Origin: Eledone cirrhosa
Lineage: Eukaryota
Direction: 5' to 3'
DNA length: 64,000 bases
Assembly: GCA_964016885.1 (NCBI GenBank)
Contig: OZ024740.1
Coordinates: 133,300,001 to 133,364,000 of the forward strand
Part shown: one piece after another, positions 38,286 to 52,690 of the stretch
Numbering within the stretch: position 1 is the stretch's first letter
Layout: the number at the start of each line of letters is the position of its first letter
The notes under the pieces: generated by a model
Seen by the model: only the letters and a program-made list of their open reading frames with translations
What the model was told of the DNA's origin: nothing
The model's database searches: none
Program-made: the position numbers and the translations under genes

Positions 38286-41200
38286 CAGTTGCATTTATCT
38301 TGCTTTATGTTCATACGAGTTATCACCAAGTCACAACCAGTGACCTCAAGAGACAACAAGGTCCGCCATGTTCAAGAAAGAACATAATACTCACACATGC
38401 ATCTTTAGTGTTTAGACTTGTGATGTACTTATATTGACAGGATCTTCCTTAGTATATGGGCAGTTCCCATTAGTACTATCTTTTGTATTTCTCCTATACG
38501 CGGGTTTCCTGGGATTTGCGATAAGTAATCATTAGACCCCTTAGGTATCATTCCCAGAGCGCCTACAACCACTGGTATTGATTAGTTCTCAATTTCCACA
38601 TTTTTCCAATTTCTATCTCCAGGTCCTTATACTTGCTCAATTTTTCAAATGTTTTTATAGATACATACTTGTCTATTGGAACGGACATATCAATTAGTAG
38701 GCATACCTTCTTTTTAAAGTCCTTCAATATTATATCAGGTCTATTTGCATCTATTTTTCGGTCTGTTTGGATGCTAAAGTTCCACAAGATTGAGATGTGA
38801 TCTTTTTCAAGTATGGGGGGTGGTTGTGCTCCCACCAATTCTTTTGATAGGGCAGGTCAAAATGCTTACACATTATCCAACGTATGTATTGTGCAGCTCT
38901 GTCATGCCTGTTTAGGTATTCGGTTGGAGCTATAGGACTGCACATTGAAATTATATGGTCAATGGTCTCTGGTTGTTTTTTGCATACACATCATAATGGG
39001 CTGCATCCATTTTTTATTATGTTTGCTTGGTAATTTTTTGTTGGCAGAGACTGATCTTGTGCTGATATAATCAGTCCTTCAGTCTCCGATTTCAGTTCAG
39101 AGGATGCCAACCGCTGATGGGTTAAAGTTTTGTCAACATCAGGATTGTTAGCTCGCTCTGGGTATTTTCCATACAGAGGCTTTTCTTGCCATTTCTTAGC
39201 CAGTTTCTGTAGCAGTTCTTTCTTTGCAGTTACTTTTACCTGCTTTGCTTTTTCTGTGTTTTCCATTTCTGCAGTAAATGGGACTTCTGAAATTTGTTGT
39301 CCTTTACTGTATTTTTGTGCATCTTTTGTAATGGAATATGATCTTTTGATGCTTTCGTGTTTCAAAACGAGTTTGATCATCCAATTATGTGATTCCCTTA
39401 GATATGTAGATAATCCAATTGTTGCAGTTTTCAACGCAATGTCTAACTGGATTAACCCACGTCCTCCTTCTTCCCTAGGGAGATATATTCTATCTATATC
39501 TGCCTTAGGGTGATGCATTCTGTGCATGGTTAAGAGTTTCCGATTTTTTGTATCGAGCCTACAGATCTCTGTGCTTGACCAGTTGATGACATTGTAACTG
39601 TAGGTTACAACTGGTATGGCAAGCGTGTTTATGGCATCGATTCTATTCCTTGCATTCAATTCCGTTCTTAAGATTGCTCTTACTCTGCGGTAACATTCCT
39701 TCCTTATCCTTTCCCTCATTGTCGAGTGCTTGATTCCGTCTCCTTCACAAACACCTAGATATTTGTAAGTTTTTTCTTGATCAAGTTCTCTTATCACGTT
39801 CCCCCGATCAAGATTATTGCCTGAACTCTTCAGCAGCTTTCCTCTGGTGAACGTTGCTTTGGCGCATTTATCTAGTCCAAACTCCATTTTAATGTCATCA
39901 CTGAACTGCTCCACAGTGGATAATAGACCTTGCAATTGTTCATCATTTTTTTGCAAATAGTTCATCCATGTAGGACAAGTGATTAATGGTTTTGTCATAG
40001 ACTTTATATCCATGTTTTGTTTCATTGAGCATTTTACTTAATGGTATAAGTGCGATGCAGAATAAAAGCGGTGATAAACAGTCACCCTGAAAAATTCCAC
40101 AATTAATATTAACTTCTCCAGCTTCCAGTGATTTTGTTTCACTATTCAAAAGGAGCGTCCTTTTCCATGTCTTCATACTGAATGACAAAAACCTCCTGAC
40201 AACGGGGGATATTTTAAAAATCTCTAAACATTTTTCAATCCAACTGTGTGGCAAACTATCGAATGCTTTTTTATAATCTATCCAAGCAATCGATAGATTT
40301 TTGTGTCTATTATGACAATTTTCCAGTATCATTTTGTTAACCAAAAGCTGATCCTTACAGCCATATGAGCCTCGTTTACACCCTTTCTGCTCAATGGAAA
40401 ATAGGTCATTTGTTATCAGGTGGTCATATGTGTATTCAGTTAGGACTGATGTTAAAATTTTATACATTGTGGTCAAGCAAGTCATCGGTCTGTAATTTTT
40501 GGGATTGTTTGTCTCATCATTCTTCGGAAGCAGGAATGTAATGCCGTTAACTAGCCATGATGGTATCTTTTCTGGCTCCTTAACTATTTCATTGTAAGGT
40601 TGGGCTAAAATCTCATGAGACTCTGCGAAGGCATTTATCCAAAAATTTTGTATTTTGTCTTTTCCTGGGGATTTCCATTTGCTGGTTTTTCTTAGAACCA
40701 AACCCAACTGTTCAACTGTTATATTTTCCCATATTTGTTCCTCAATGTGAGCTGTATCTTTCATTTGTCTGTCTATCCATGGGGCATGTATGTTATGAAC
40801 TTTTTCTTCGGCCCAGATCTTTTCTCAGAATTCTTGCACTTCCTCCTTGGGTGGTATTGATTTAGCAGTTATTGTTGACTTACCAATTTTTCTGTAGAAG
40901 TTTCTTTGGTTGTTTTTGAACATATTATTGTCCTTATAGAATCTAGATCGTTTTTCAAAGCGCCTTATACGAGCAGCTTTGGCCGACACTTTTTGCTTGA
41001 TTATTTCTATCAGCATGTCTATGTCACTTGTTGATTTTATACTGTACTTTCTTTTCAATTTTCTAAGTTTAGTTTGTTTAACATGTTCACCTACTTTATA
41101 GTTTGTGAACATTTCTATGTCAGATCGGAGAAGGTTTATTTGGCGATTGATGTTCTCTTGCCAAGTAGATTTCTTGTGGGAATTCCTTTGTTTTTTCATC

Positions 41201-41927
41201 TTCACTCCACATAACTGAGTGGTGACTTTAGCCGATGTATAATAGAGATGATTTAAATCAGTAATGTTTAGTTTGTTTGTGATGATAATGTTTTTGAGAA
41301 TTATGTTAGTCTTGTGTATTATCTTTTGGTTCTGTTTGGAGTTCTGGATCTTAGGGAGGGTGTCTCGTTGCCCCATGTCAGATTCTTTCATTTTCGTCCA
41401 TTCGATCATAATTTCATCCTTCAAGTTAGCAAGTTCATTCTCATTCATTTCTTTATCATTTACGATCTCATTATTTTCATTTGGGGTTTCATCTTGAGCA
41501 TGCACTCCCTCCACTTTTTTTATCCTTTCTTTAATTTGTTCTGTTGCCAGTGATTCCGCCCCAACCCTGGGATTCGAAGTGTTACAGTTTACCTCGTTTT
41601 CACTGACACATGTTTCATTTTCCCTTCGCTGACTTTGTGCTATTAGCTTGATCTGATCAATTTCTATATCAGTTAGTAACTTTTTTCTTACAATATTTCT
41701 TCGTTTATTGGCTAGTTTGTTACTGTCAATATAGCCTCTGTTTTCAGGATGTTTCTTTTTCCAGTTGATATATGTCTGTTCTGTATTCGATGTATTTGAT
41801 GGGTAGTACATGGCAGTGTAGAAAGCCTCAAGGACTTCTTTATTATCTTCCCTTGACCATTTTACTCTCTTTGTCTTTGGATTTCTTGGTGGTGAGCATG
41901 GAGGGCCAACAGTAGGAGTATTCCGGT
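38286..41927 (-). mobile_element. R4/Dong-like family 2, long copy, decayed
   Basis: ORF pieces 40825-41811, 39943-40764 (KSPGKD, WIDYKKAFD, GIFQGD), 38991-40025 and 38563-38945; 3' part nearly identical to 36765-38240; (TAA)n both sides. Confidence 0.92.
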
Positions 41928-41945
41928 ATTATTATTATTATTATT

Positions 41946-44900
41946 GGAGACCTACGTAGTAAATCGTATCATCGTGAGCTCCGCAAAGGTTTGTTATTTC
42001 CTCTTGTTAAAAATTGCCATTTATGGAAATTTTTTATTGTTAACTATATATAAGCGCACATACATTGTTTTCCGAAAAGGACACCCAAAAAGATTGGGGC
42101 CTTGTGCCCAAAATTTAAACTTTTATGATTATCAAAAAAATTCTTTGAAAGAAAAATGGCTAATTCACCACTGCACCAAGCAGCTGAAAGCCTTTCTCAC
42201 AAATTAACACCTCACACATACTACGTCTGCCAACACACACAGTTTAAGCACTAGCAATATTTTTAATTTGTCTCAGGCAGACATTCATTTGCCGCCATTA
42301 CCAATGACTGCAGGTGTTAAAGCCGCCACCACCACCACCACAGCGACAACCCCCACCCCCACCACAACCGCGACAACAGAAACAAAAGGAAAAAGTAAAT
42401 CAACTCGTGATGTCGAAATATTTTCAACCAAAATGGACTCTCCCAAACCGAACTTCACTGACGTCACCACCACCACAACTGAAACTAAAATTAATAATAA
42501 CAAAAATGACGATAACAACAACAACAACAATGACATTAAAAAAACCACCCTGAGTTTTGCCAGAGTAGCAAAACAGTGCGAAGCATATACGGTAACTCAG
42601 GAGGATTTAGAAAATGCCAAACAAATGGTAAAGAAAGATGGGTACAGGGTCAGCCTCACCTCCCCACCTAATAAAATGGAGCATCGGCGCCTATGCACCG
42701 TGTCGTATAGAACAATAAATGTAAAATCGCGCCGAGTGGACGGGCATCCGAGTCCCAAATCCAAAAAGCTTTGGGACATGTGTGGGCAAGAAAAACCCAC
42801 ATCAGACGTGGGCAAAAGTATGGAACCGTGGACGTGTTCTTTGAAACACCAGAGGAGGCTAGAGAACACTCCATGGCCCCATTAAGAAGTGACGACTTCA
42901 CACTCGTCCCAAGCTATTGTGGCCAGAGACTCGTAAAGATCAGGGTGACCCACGTTCCACCGGCCATCGAAATTCCCTGGCTAATAGCGGCTGTCCTCGC
43001 CGGCATCGAAGCCAACACGAAAATAATAGCAATAGCAAAAGAAAAGCAGGAGAACTGGTCCGGATCTGGGATGGAGCTCCTGATCCAAGCGGACCAAAAA
43101 AGCATTGAGGAGATCCCAGGGGTAATAGACATCACTGACGGCAGCCACCTCACGGTAATTGTCGAGGGCAGAAGACCTAGGTGTGTCGTTTGTGGTGAAG
43201 GAACCCACCTAAGGGCTTTCTGCCCTCAGGCTAAAAGGTTGAGGCCACCTCTCCTACCCACCCCAGTGACACAACCATCAACACCACCAGTAGCAGAGAT
43301 GGCAGCAACAACTGTAGCAGCAACAACAGAAGCAACTATAACAGCAAACCCCAGCAACAGTAGCAAAACCAACACCACCACCACCACCAGCAAAACCAAC
43401 ACCACCACCACCCAACGCTTCAGAACTAGCACCAGCGCCTACACCATCCACCACGCCACAACCAAAACTAACGGCTGTGGAGGATTTTCCACTCCCCGGC
43501 CTATCACAACTGGAGACAGATTGTGACGACGAGGAGTGGGAAACGATATCCGGAAAAAAAAAAGAAACCAAAAAAGAAAAAAATTCTCTTCCTTCCCCCT
43601 CCAAAAACAAAATACAGAGGGAAACAAATAAATTAAGAAACAAAAAAGTTAGGACAGATATGCCACTATCCACACCAGCATCACCAACCCCATCAACCCA
43701 AACACCAACACCATCACCATCATTAACCCCAACACCACCATCACCTACACCACAAAAGTCACCAAAATGCGAAACAGAAACAAACCCACAACAAACGCAA
43801 ACAAAACAAAACAACCAAAACGATACACACTACACAGCAATAAATTTGAACAACAAGCAATTATTACACTACATCCAACACAACACCAGCATCACAGAAA
43901 GAGACTACACAACAACCCCAAAATTCACACCACCTCCACACATACAAATCACTCGCATCACACAGAAAACGTACATGACACTAAAACAAAAATTCCCCAA
44001 AGACATCGGAGACTTCCGACAAGCACTCTCCAGGAGGATTTATAAGGACATCCTTCCTGAAGAGGCCACAAGCAGTGAAAAGGATGGAAAAACCGTCCTT
44101 CCCCTACGAGAAGTAAGGTAAGTGGTCTTTCCCATCTTTTCCACTCCTTTTCAACATGACCACACTCAGAATAGGCAGCATAAATGCGCGTGGCTTGGGG
44201 TCGTCATGGAAGCAGGGCCACCTGCTCAACGACCTCAGGTCACTAAACATAGATGTAGTGGCCATCAGCGAGACCAGAATCTCCGAAGCACAGGCTTTCG
44301 CACCGATCTTCGGCGGCTACGATGTGTACGCATCTCCCAGCCGTCTGGGATCGGGGGTGGGTGGGGGGGAGTTGCTGTGCTTTTCCGGAGAGGTTTGGAT
44401 CTTGCCATACGGGCCATCTTCCTGGACCCAGAAGGTAAGTTGGTGGTGCTGGACGTGACCAGCGGAGACGGCCAAGCTTTCAGGTTAGTGGCCGTCTATG
44501 CCCCGACAGGAGCAGGGCGGCCTGATTTCTTCCGGCGTCTGGAGACCTTTCTTGGAACGTCCCGATCTTTAGTGTTAGTGGGCGACTGGAACGGGATCTT
44601 AGATGCACGCTGGGATTGTGTGGGATTAGTGGATAGGGAAGGAGGGTGCAAGAGTTTTGAACTGTCTGACAGGTACCGAATGGATTTCCCGAATGTACCG
44701 AGTGTACCAATGTGGACTTGAACAAATCGCATAGGGTCATCCAGATCATATCTAGATAGAGTCTTTTGTAGGGAAATAGATAGGTCTAGCATAGGCTGTC
44801 CACAATTCAAGATAGTCAGCTACACGGACCACAAATTCGTGATCTGTGTGCTTGACTTAGATAGGCGTCATAGACGAGGACCCGGCTACTGGAAGCTAAA

Positions 44901-47812
44901 CGCGTCCTTACCAGTGCGCAAGGCCTACAGAGACCGGATTAGCGAACTAGTTAAGCGGGCGTTGACGGGGGCCATCGTCAACAACAAGTGGTGGTTTGCT
45001 CTGAAAAGAGCAATTAGAATAAAGTCCATTATGTTTAGTAAGACTTTAGCAATAGAGAAAAATAGAGCAGAGGGAGAATTAGTTAGAAAATTAGATGAGG
45101 CGCTTAGCAAAGGCATCGCGACCGACGCACTTGCGGCGAAATTGGCCCTTGACCAATTCTTCAATGCAAAGCACGAAGGCTGCGTTGTCAGAGCTAGGGT
45201 GCGTGCTCTCAGACACTAGAGGACGAAAGCCGTTCAATGGGCCCGAGTGGCGGAGGCGCGTCGTGGCAACAAAACCACGATCCGGTCTTTGGTGGACCAC
45301 GACGGGCGCATGCTACTCGATCCCGGGTAAATGTGTGAAGCTTTTCAGCGACACTTCGCTCAACTGTTCGGAGGCAGTGGCGGGCCGGATCGAGGGATGG
45401 ACTTTAGTGTCTACCTCGACGGACTGCCGCGGCTTTCGGCCACTGAGGCGGAGTGTTGCGAAAAGCCGATAACAACCGCTGAAGTACGGGATGCAATGAC
45501 TAGTTGCACAAGGGGTAAATCGCCTGGTTTAGATGGTCTGCCATATGAACTTTACGTACAAATGCCAAATTTGTTCGGAGGCCTCTTGGCGGACGTCTAC
45601 AGCAACTGGCAACAGAACGGGAGAATTCCCAGCTCTGTGAGCCGAGGAGCGGTGGCGCTGCTGAGAAAGGATCCGAACAAGGGGGATAACATAGATAATT
45701 TTAGGCCCATAACTCTGCTAAACACAGAGTTCAAAATTTTGGCCAAGGTGCTAGCAAAGAGGTTGGCGCTTGTCGTTGGTAGTCTAGTGGGAGAGGCACA
45801 GACATGCGCCATTCCCGACAGATCCATTCACGACAACCTCCACCTCATGCGATACATCGTAGAGAGGGTAGCTAGGGAACCTGGCACGGGTGGGTCTTTG
45901 ATCAATTTAGATCAGTCGAAAGCCTTCGATAGGGTCGACCATCGTTACCTAGCGGCAGTCCTGAGGGCGGCTGGCTTTGGGCCCGTCTTCAGAGGCTGGA
46001 TCGCTGCCATGCACAGCGACATCTGCTCTGTAGTGAGAGTGAACGGTCACCTTTCGGAACCGTTCAACATCATGCGCTCGCTCCGCCAAGGATGTCCCCT
46101 CTCGTCCCTATTGTACGTATTGACTCTCGAGCCATTACTGCACAAACTGGAGACGTTGAGGGGGGTCCCGCGCGACCCAGGATGCGGAAGATCCGTGTCA
46201 GCATATGACGACGTTGTCACCGTAGTGGTGTCGAACGCCAAGCACATCGAGGCGATCGGCACTACACTAAGAGAATACGAAGCGGTGACAGGAGCAATGA
46301 TCAACCAGGAAAAGTCAGTGGGCCTGCAGCTCGGCACCTGGAGAGGCAGGTCCATGCCGTCCAACAGCGTCGTCGGGCGCTGGACGGACGGACCGGTTAA
46401 ATTGCTAGGGGTCTGGTTCGGTCCAGACCTCCAGACGGACAAAAACTGGGACGAGGTGACGAGCAGGGTGGCTTCTCTCACCCAGAAATGGGCCGAGAGG
46501 AAGCTATCCCTGAAAGGTCGAGCGGAGGTGGCGAATGCGTACATCGCATCCGTCATCTACTACCGCCTGACCGTCGTACCTTGTCCTAAGCCCCGCCTGA
46601 CTGAGCTGGAGCGTTTGCTCTTTCGCTTCTTGTGGAAGGGACGCGCTCCGATGGTCAGGCGGTCCATCTGCTGTCAACACCCGCTACGTGGAGGGCTGGG
46701 CATGCCGTGGCTGATGATGCGCAGACACGCGCTCAGGCTACGACATCTCCACCTCTTCCTCGACGGTGATCAGGTGTGGTCGCCGTTTGCAAGACGCGTT
46801 TTTCCCCAGCTCGTCTCCTTGACGGAGCTGCAGTCCTGGGTCAAGCGAAGACCGAGAGGGAGCGCTTGGAGACTGGAATGTCTTCAGGCGCTCACAGCCC
46901 TCGACCAATCGGGCAATGTGATCGGTGGAAACTCCACCTTGGCGTACTATAGGGGATTAGGGGAGGGGAAGAGCGACGACGTACTTGGAGAAACTCTAGG
47001 CGTCGACGAAAATCAACTAGCCAATCTCTTCGGAAGGACTTTCGGGCCGGGGCCTATGGACAACTTCCAGAAATCCCTGGCCTGGCAGTGCTACCGAGGA
47101 GCTTTGCCAGTTCGGGATAAACTCTACAGGCATGGAGGTGCCGTCAGCCGGGCATGTTCGAGATGCGCGCAGGGCGACGAAACCGTCCTGCACGCACTCG
47201 TCCAGTGTCCGAGCATTGCTGACTTGTGGGTTTATGTCGAACACCTGCTGTCACGTGTAGGACGGATCCAGCTATCAGCTGAGTCCATCGTGAGGATTGC
47301 CCCGCCCCCTTCCTTTAGCCTGGAAGGGCAGGCAGTTTTTATCTGTCTGGTGGCCATGGCGAAAGAGATAGTATGGTGGACACGTTTGAAAGGGCTGAAG
47401 ACGAGCACTTACCTCTTCGGTGATGCCCTGATTAACTTTTTCAAATTTCATTTGAAAAGGAAAATCAGGGTAGAGAGGGAAGTGCTCTCTTCCCAGCATT
47501 TTGTTGAAAGATGGGTGAGAGAAGCAAGTATGGCCCGAATGAATGGGCCTTCTCTGAGTATGTGTCTGTAAATTAAAGGTGGAAAACTGGGAGAGGGCAC
47601 TTGCCCTGGTGGTCAGGGCCACTGTGGTCTTTTAATGGGCTTTCTCCACAAATGTCGCTTGGAAGTCTCCCCCTATTGGGGAATTTTTCTTTGTTATTTT
47701 ATTTCAACCTCTGTTTTTTTACACGCAGAAATGCTCATTTGTACCGTCCTGTATTGTCCTGTACTGTCCTTAATGTCTACTTTATGTGAACCCTTGTGGT
47801 TAATAAAGAAAA

Positions 47813-47814
<2 letters not shown>
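41946..47814 (+). mobile_element. Tx1-like copy E, full-length but mutated, flanked by (TTA)n
   Basis: (TTA)n at 41928-41945 and 47815-47853; ORF1 about 42304-44121 (two frameshifts, CVVCGEGTHLRAFC); ORF2 44156-47571; 3' end CCCTTGTGGTTAATAAAGAAAAC. Confidence 0.93.
44156..47571 (+). pseudogene. ORF2 of copy E (APE-RT-zinc finger)
   Basis: Frameshift near 44360, stops at 44719, 45217 and 45328; 746-aa open RT/zinc-finger segment with an altered AYDDV motif. Confidence 0.9.
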
Positions 47815-47857
<43 letters not shown>

Positions 47858-48337
47858 GTTATATTGCATTTATGTTTGCGGAACATGTTGAAAGCATGTG
47901 GTATTTACTAAGTTATGGTTTACGGGCATACTCATGAAATCCGAAAATATTACATTTCCTTACTCAAGAAGCGAAACGCTCGACTCTGCTGAAATCACCA
48001 TGGTATATGTTCTTAGTGATTGAAAACTAATGTTTTCTAACTTTAGTGCAACTCACGATTTCCAAAAATGTTAAAAGCCATCTAGACTATTCACCGAGCC
48101 GTTACATTATTGCTTATGTAGCGTGAAATCCAAGCACATTATGAAAAGCTTATATACCATAATAAGAAAACTAATCTGATCTGTAAAACGATTGCGACCT
48201 ATTAGTGTAAGAAATAGGTATTCAAGGTTCACCGCAAAAACAATGTCAGTGCATTGTTTAAAAATAGCCTTTAGTTCATAGTGTATGCATAGATATCCAT
48301 ATATGTGTCTGTGTCTGTGAGTGGTGCGCGCGTTTCT

Positions 48338-48374
<37 letters not shown>

Positions 48375-48377
48375 GTA

Positions 48378-48433
<56 letters not shown>

Positions 48434-48546
48434 CACACACATATATATATTCATGTATATATATATATATGTGTGTGTGTGCGTGTGTGTGTGTATATAT
48501 ATACATACACACACACTTATATATATGTATATATATATATATTATT

Positions 48547-48630
<84 letters not shown>

Positions 48631-48675
48631 GATAGATAGATAGATAGATAGATAGTAGATAGATATATAGATAGA
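48338..48675. repeat. Compound (AT)/(GT)/(ATAG) microsatellite
   Basis: Direct reading. Confidence 0.95.
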
Positions 48676-48769
48676 TTTCTTTATTAGCCACAAGGGCGCA
48701 ACAAGAAAGGGGACAATACAAAGACATGCCGGGGATTTTACATACAGTCGTGTAAAAAATATAAAAACA
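48676..48769 (-). mobile_element. Very short 3'-end fragment G of another ATAG-type Tx1 family
   Basis: Minus strand TTGTCCCCTTTCTTGTTGCGCCCTTGTGGCTAATAAAGAAA then (TCTA)n resembles the 3' ends of B and C. Confidence 0.8.
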
Positions 48770-48781
48770 TAGAAAGATATA

Positions 48782-51700
48782 TTTCTTTATTTACCATAAA
48801 GGCATAAAAAGAAGGGACAAATACAAAGGGGGAATTTACATACAATCGAGTAAAAAGGGTATAAAATGAAAATAATCGAAAATAACCTCAAAAGGGAGGG
48901 GACGTGATGGGGGTTGCACACACCCCCGAAAAAGTGTGCAATCCTTTGCCCGGGGAGCACATGGAGAAGGTGCTCCCCTCTCCTTTACTTCTTTACCTAC
49001 AGGATGGTATACAGAGAAGGCCCATTTACACGAGCCATTCTCGCCACTATCAACCACCTTTCATAAAACTGCCTGTGGCCAAGCACCTCTCTCTCCATTC
49101 TTATCCTTCTTCCGAAGTGATATCGGAAGAAGTAGACCAGACTATGGCCAAAGAGGAAGTTGCCTGACCTCAGATCTTTCAATCGTGTCCACCAAACAAC
49201 CTCTTTCAACATGGCTATTACGCACAGAAAAACCGCCTTTGCTTCCTTTGTGAAGAGGGGAGGGGGGTTTGATTGTCATCACGGACTCGGCGGTAAATTG
49301 AATCGGCGCCAGCCGCGACAGCAGTCGTTCGGCGTAGCCCCACAGATCAGTCACGCCCGGACATTGCACCAATGCGTGCGCAACGGTTTCTTCGTGACGC
49401 ACGCATCTAGGGCAAATCTTTTTTGAGGGATCCCTGCCCGGGCGCCCGTGTCTGTAGAGCCTCTCTCGAACGGGTAGAGCCCCCCGGTAGCACTGCCAGG
49501 CCAGTGACTTCTGGAAGTTGTCCATTGGTCCTGGGCCGAAAGTCCTACCGAACAGGCTGGCCAGTTCGTCTTCTTCCATGTCCAGCGACTCTCCAAGGGT
49601 GTCATCGCCCCTGCTAGCCACCAGCCCTCTATAGAATGAGGAGGTGGATTCTCAACCGACGGCCTGGCCCGCTTGCCAGAGAGCCCTGAGCGCCTGAGCA
49701 CATTCAGTGTGCCAGTCTCCCAGTTTTCCGGATCTTTGCTTGACCCAGGACTGCAGCTCGGTGAGCGAAACGAGTCTCGGAAAGGCTCGTTTCACGAACG
49801 GAGCCCACACCGGTTGACCAGTGAGGAATACCTGTAGGTGCCGTAGCCTTAATGCGTGCCTACGCATCATCAACCACGGCATCCCCAACCCTCCTTTCGA
49901 AGGTTGTTGGCAGCAGATGGATCTTCTCACCATAGGAGGGCGCTTCTTCCAAAGAAATTGGAAGAGCATGCGTTCCATGGTGGTGAGTGTTTCCTTAGGG
50001 CAAGGCACGACAGTCAGGCGGTAGTAAGTGACGGACGCTATGTAAATGTTCGCCACCTCCGCCCGCCCTTTTAGGGACAGCTTACACTTGGCCCATTTCT
50101 GGGTTAGTGCAAACACCTTGTTCGTAACCTCGTTCCAGTTCTTTTCCACCTGGAGGTCCGGTCCAAACCCCAAGCAACTTTACCGGGCCCTCCGTCCAGT
50201 GTCCGACGACACCGTCGGGAGGCATCGGTCTGCCTCTCCACGTTCTGAGTTGCAGCCCGATGGATTTTTCCCGGTTCAGTTTCGCTCCTGACAACCTTTC
50301 GTAATCCTCCAGTAAGGTACCGATCGCCTCGATCTCCGAGTCGGTCGATACCATTACTGTTACGTCATCGGCGTAGGCCGACACCGCTTTGCTCAATCCT
50401 GGTTCCAGGGGGATACCCTGCAACAACTCCAACTTCCTCAGTAAAGACTCGAGAGTCAATACGTACAGAAGGGAGGAGAGAGGGCACCCCTGTCGAATGG
50501 ATCGTGTGATTTCGAACGGCTTCGAAAGGTAGCCGTTCACCTTGATCCTAGAACAGATGTGGTTGCTATGTAAGGCAGTGATCCAGCCTCTGAAAACAGG
50601 ACCGAACCCAGCCGCCGCTAGCACCGCATCCAAGTAACCATGGTCGACCCTATCGAAGGCCTTCGACTGATCCAAGTTGATCAGGGCCCCACCGAAGCCG
50701 GGTTTGTTGCCAACCCTCTCTATGATGTATCGCATGAGGTGGAGGTTATCGTGAATGGACCTGGATGGGATAGCACATGTCTGCGCATCTCCCACCAGGC
50801 CACCCACGACAAGCGCCAACCTCTTTGCTAACACCTTGGCTAAAATCTTTAACTCTGTGTTTAGCAGGGTTATGGACCGAAAATTATTTATACTATCTCC
50901 CTTGTTCTCGTCCTTCCTGACCAGCGTAACCTCGCCCTTGGCTACAGAACAAGGAATTCTCCCGTTCTGCTGCCAATTGCAGTAGACCGCTTCGAGGAGT
51001 TCGGAGAAGAAGACCGGCATTGCTAAATAAAGTTCGTAAGGTATACCATCGAGACCTGGAGATTTGCGTCTGCTGCATTGGCTCAGCGCATCTCCGATCT
51101 CATCAGCCGAGATTGGTCCCTCGCAGGACACTGCCTCTTCGTTCGAGAGACGCGGCAGGCCGTCGAGGTATGGACCGAAATCCACGCCCCCGCCCGGGCT
51201 CTCGCCTCTCCCGAACAATCGGGCAAAGTGCCTTTGAAAGGCCTCGCACATCTGCTTAGGCTCCCGGATCACCCGTCCATCTTCGTCTTGCAACGACCGG
51301 ATGGTGGATCGATTTCCACTCTTAGCTTCTGTCACGCGGGCCCAGCCAACGGCTTTGGTCCCCTCATTACCTAGAGCACGTATTTTACTTCGAATGACGC
51401 AGCCTTCGTGCTTTGCATCGAAAAACTGGTTCAAGGCCGTCCTCGATGCCAGCACTCTGGCCACATCTTCGCTCTTGATTGCCTCTTCTAATTTACCTGT
51501 TAATTCTTTCTCGTTTCTATTCCTATCGGCAGCTAACATCTTGCTATAACTTATTGATTCAGTTCTAATCTCTCTTTTGAGAGATGCCCACCATCGGTTG
51601 TTGACGATTGCACCCGTCAACCTCTCCTTAACTAATCTGCTAATCCGGTTTCTGTAAGTCTCTTTTGCCGGTAAAGACAAATTAAGTTTCCTAGTAACCG

Positions 51701-52690
51701 GGACCCTGTTTATGTGTTTTCTCGAGATTGACTACGCAGGTCACTAATTTGTGATCCGTGTAGCCAACCGTGCGCATTTCTGGACAGCTTAATATGTCCC
51801 TATCCTTACTTCTAACTAAGAATCTATCTAAGTACGATCTAGATTGACCACTGTGGTTTCTCCAAGTCCAGGTAGGCACAGTTGGAAAATCTAGTCGATA
51901 TCTATCGACCAAGTTAAAACGGTCGAGTAACCCCTTGAGGCTGTTACACCCCCCTCTATTAGGACATGCTCCTGCATAATCCCAACGTGCATCTAGGATG
52001 TCATTCCAATCCCCCGCTAGAAGCAGGGAACGCGACGTTCCCAGAAAAGTCTCCAAACGCTGGAAGAAGTCGGGCCGTTCAGCTCTGAAAGGGGAGTAGA
52101 CGGCGACCAGTCTCAAGGCCGCACCTTTACTACTGCCAACGTCTAGCACCAACAAACGACCCTCCGGGTCCGAGTGCACAAACTGTACGGCAAGACCCAG
52201 GTGTTTTTGCAGCAGTACGACAACCCCACCCCCACCTCCAGGTTGACAGAGAGATGCATGCACCTCAAAGTCATCGAAGGTAGGGGCCAGCTGCCGCACG
52301 ACGCTGATCCGAGTCTCACATATAACCATTACATTTATACCACATGACCTGAGGTCATTTAGAAGCTTTGCTTGCTTCCAAGTTGAGCCCAGGCCACGTG
52401 CATTCAAAAATCCTACTCTTAACACATCCATGTGGGCGGCAGAACCAAAAGAAAATGTAGAGACCTACCTTTCCGCTTCCCGGGGTTCGGGTCGCACGAC
52501 TTCCATGGGGTCGGGGGTGTTGGGTGAAGGGGTGTCTTGTGGTGGTGTGGGGTCGTCAGTGTGTGGTGGGGTTGGGGTGTTTGGAGTTGTGTTGGGGAGG
52601 GGAAGGGGAGGGGGAAAGTTTTTTAGTAGGACGCGGTTTATGGGTTTGACAGAGGGTGGTCCTACGTCCTCCTTAAAATCCTTTTTTAGT
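48782..52690 (-). mobile_element. Tx1-like copy F (same family as C), 5'-truncated within the end of ORF1
   Basis: Highly similar to 8615-12520; ORF2 52431-48997 with stops and frameshifts; TSD TATAAAAACATAGA at 48760 and 52691. Confidence 0.93.
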
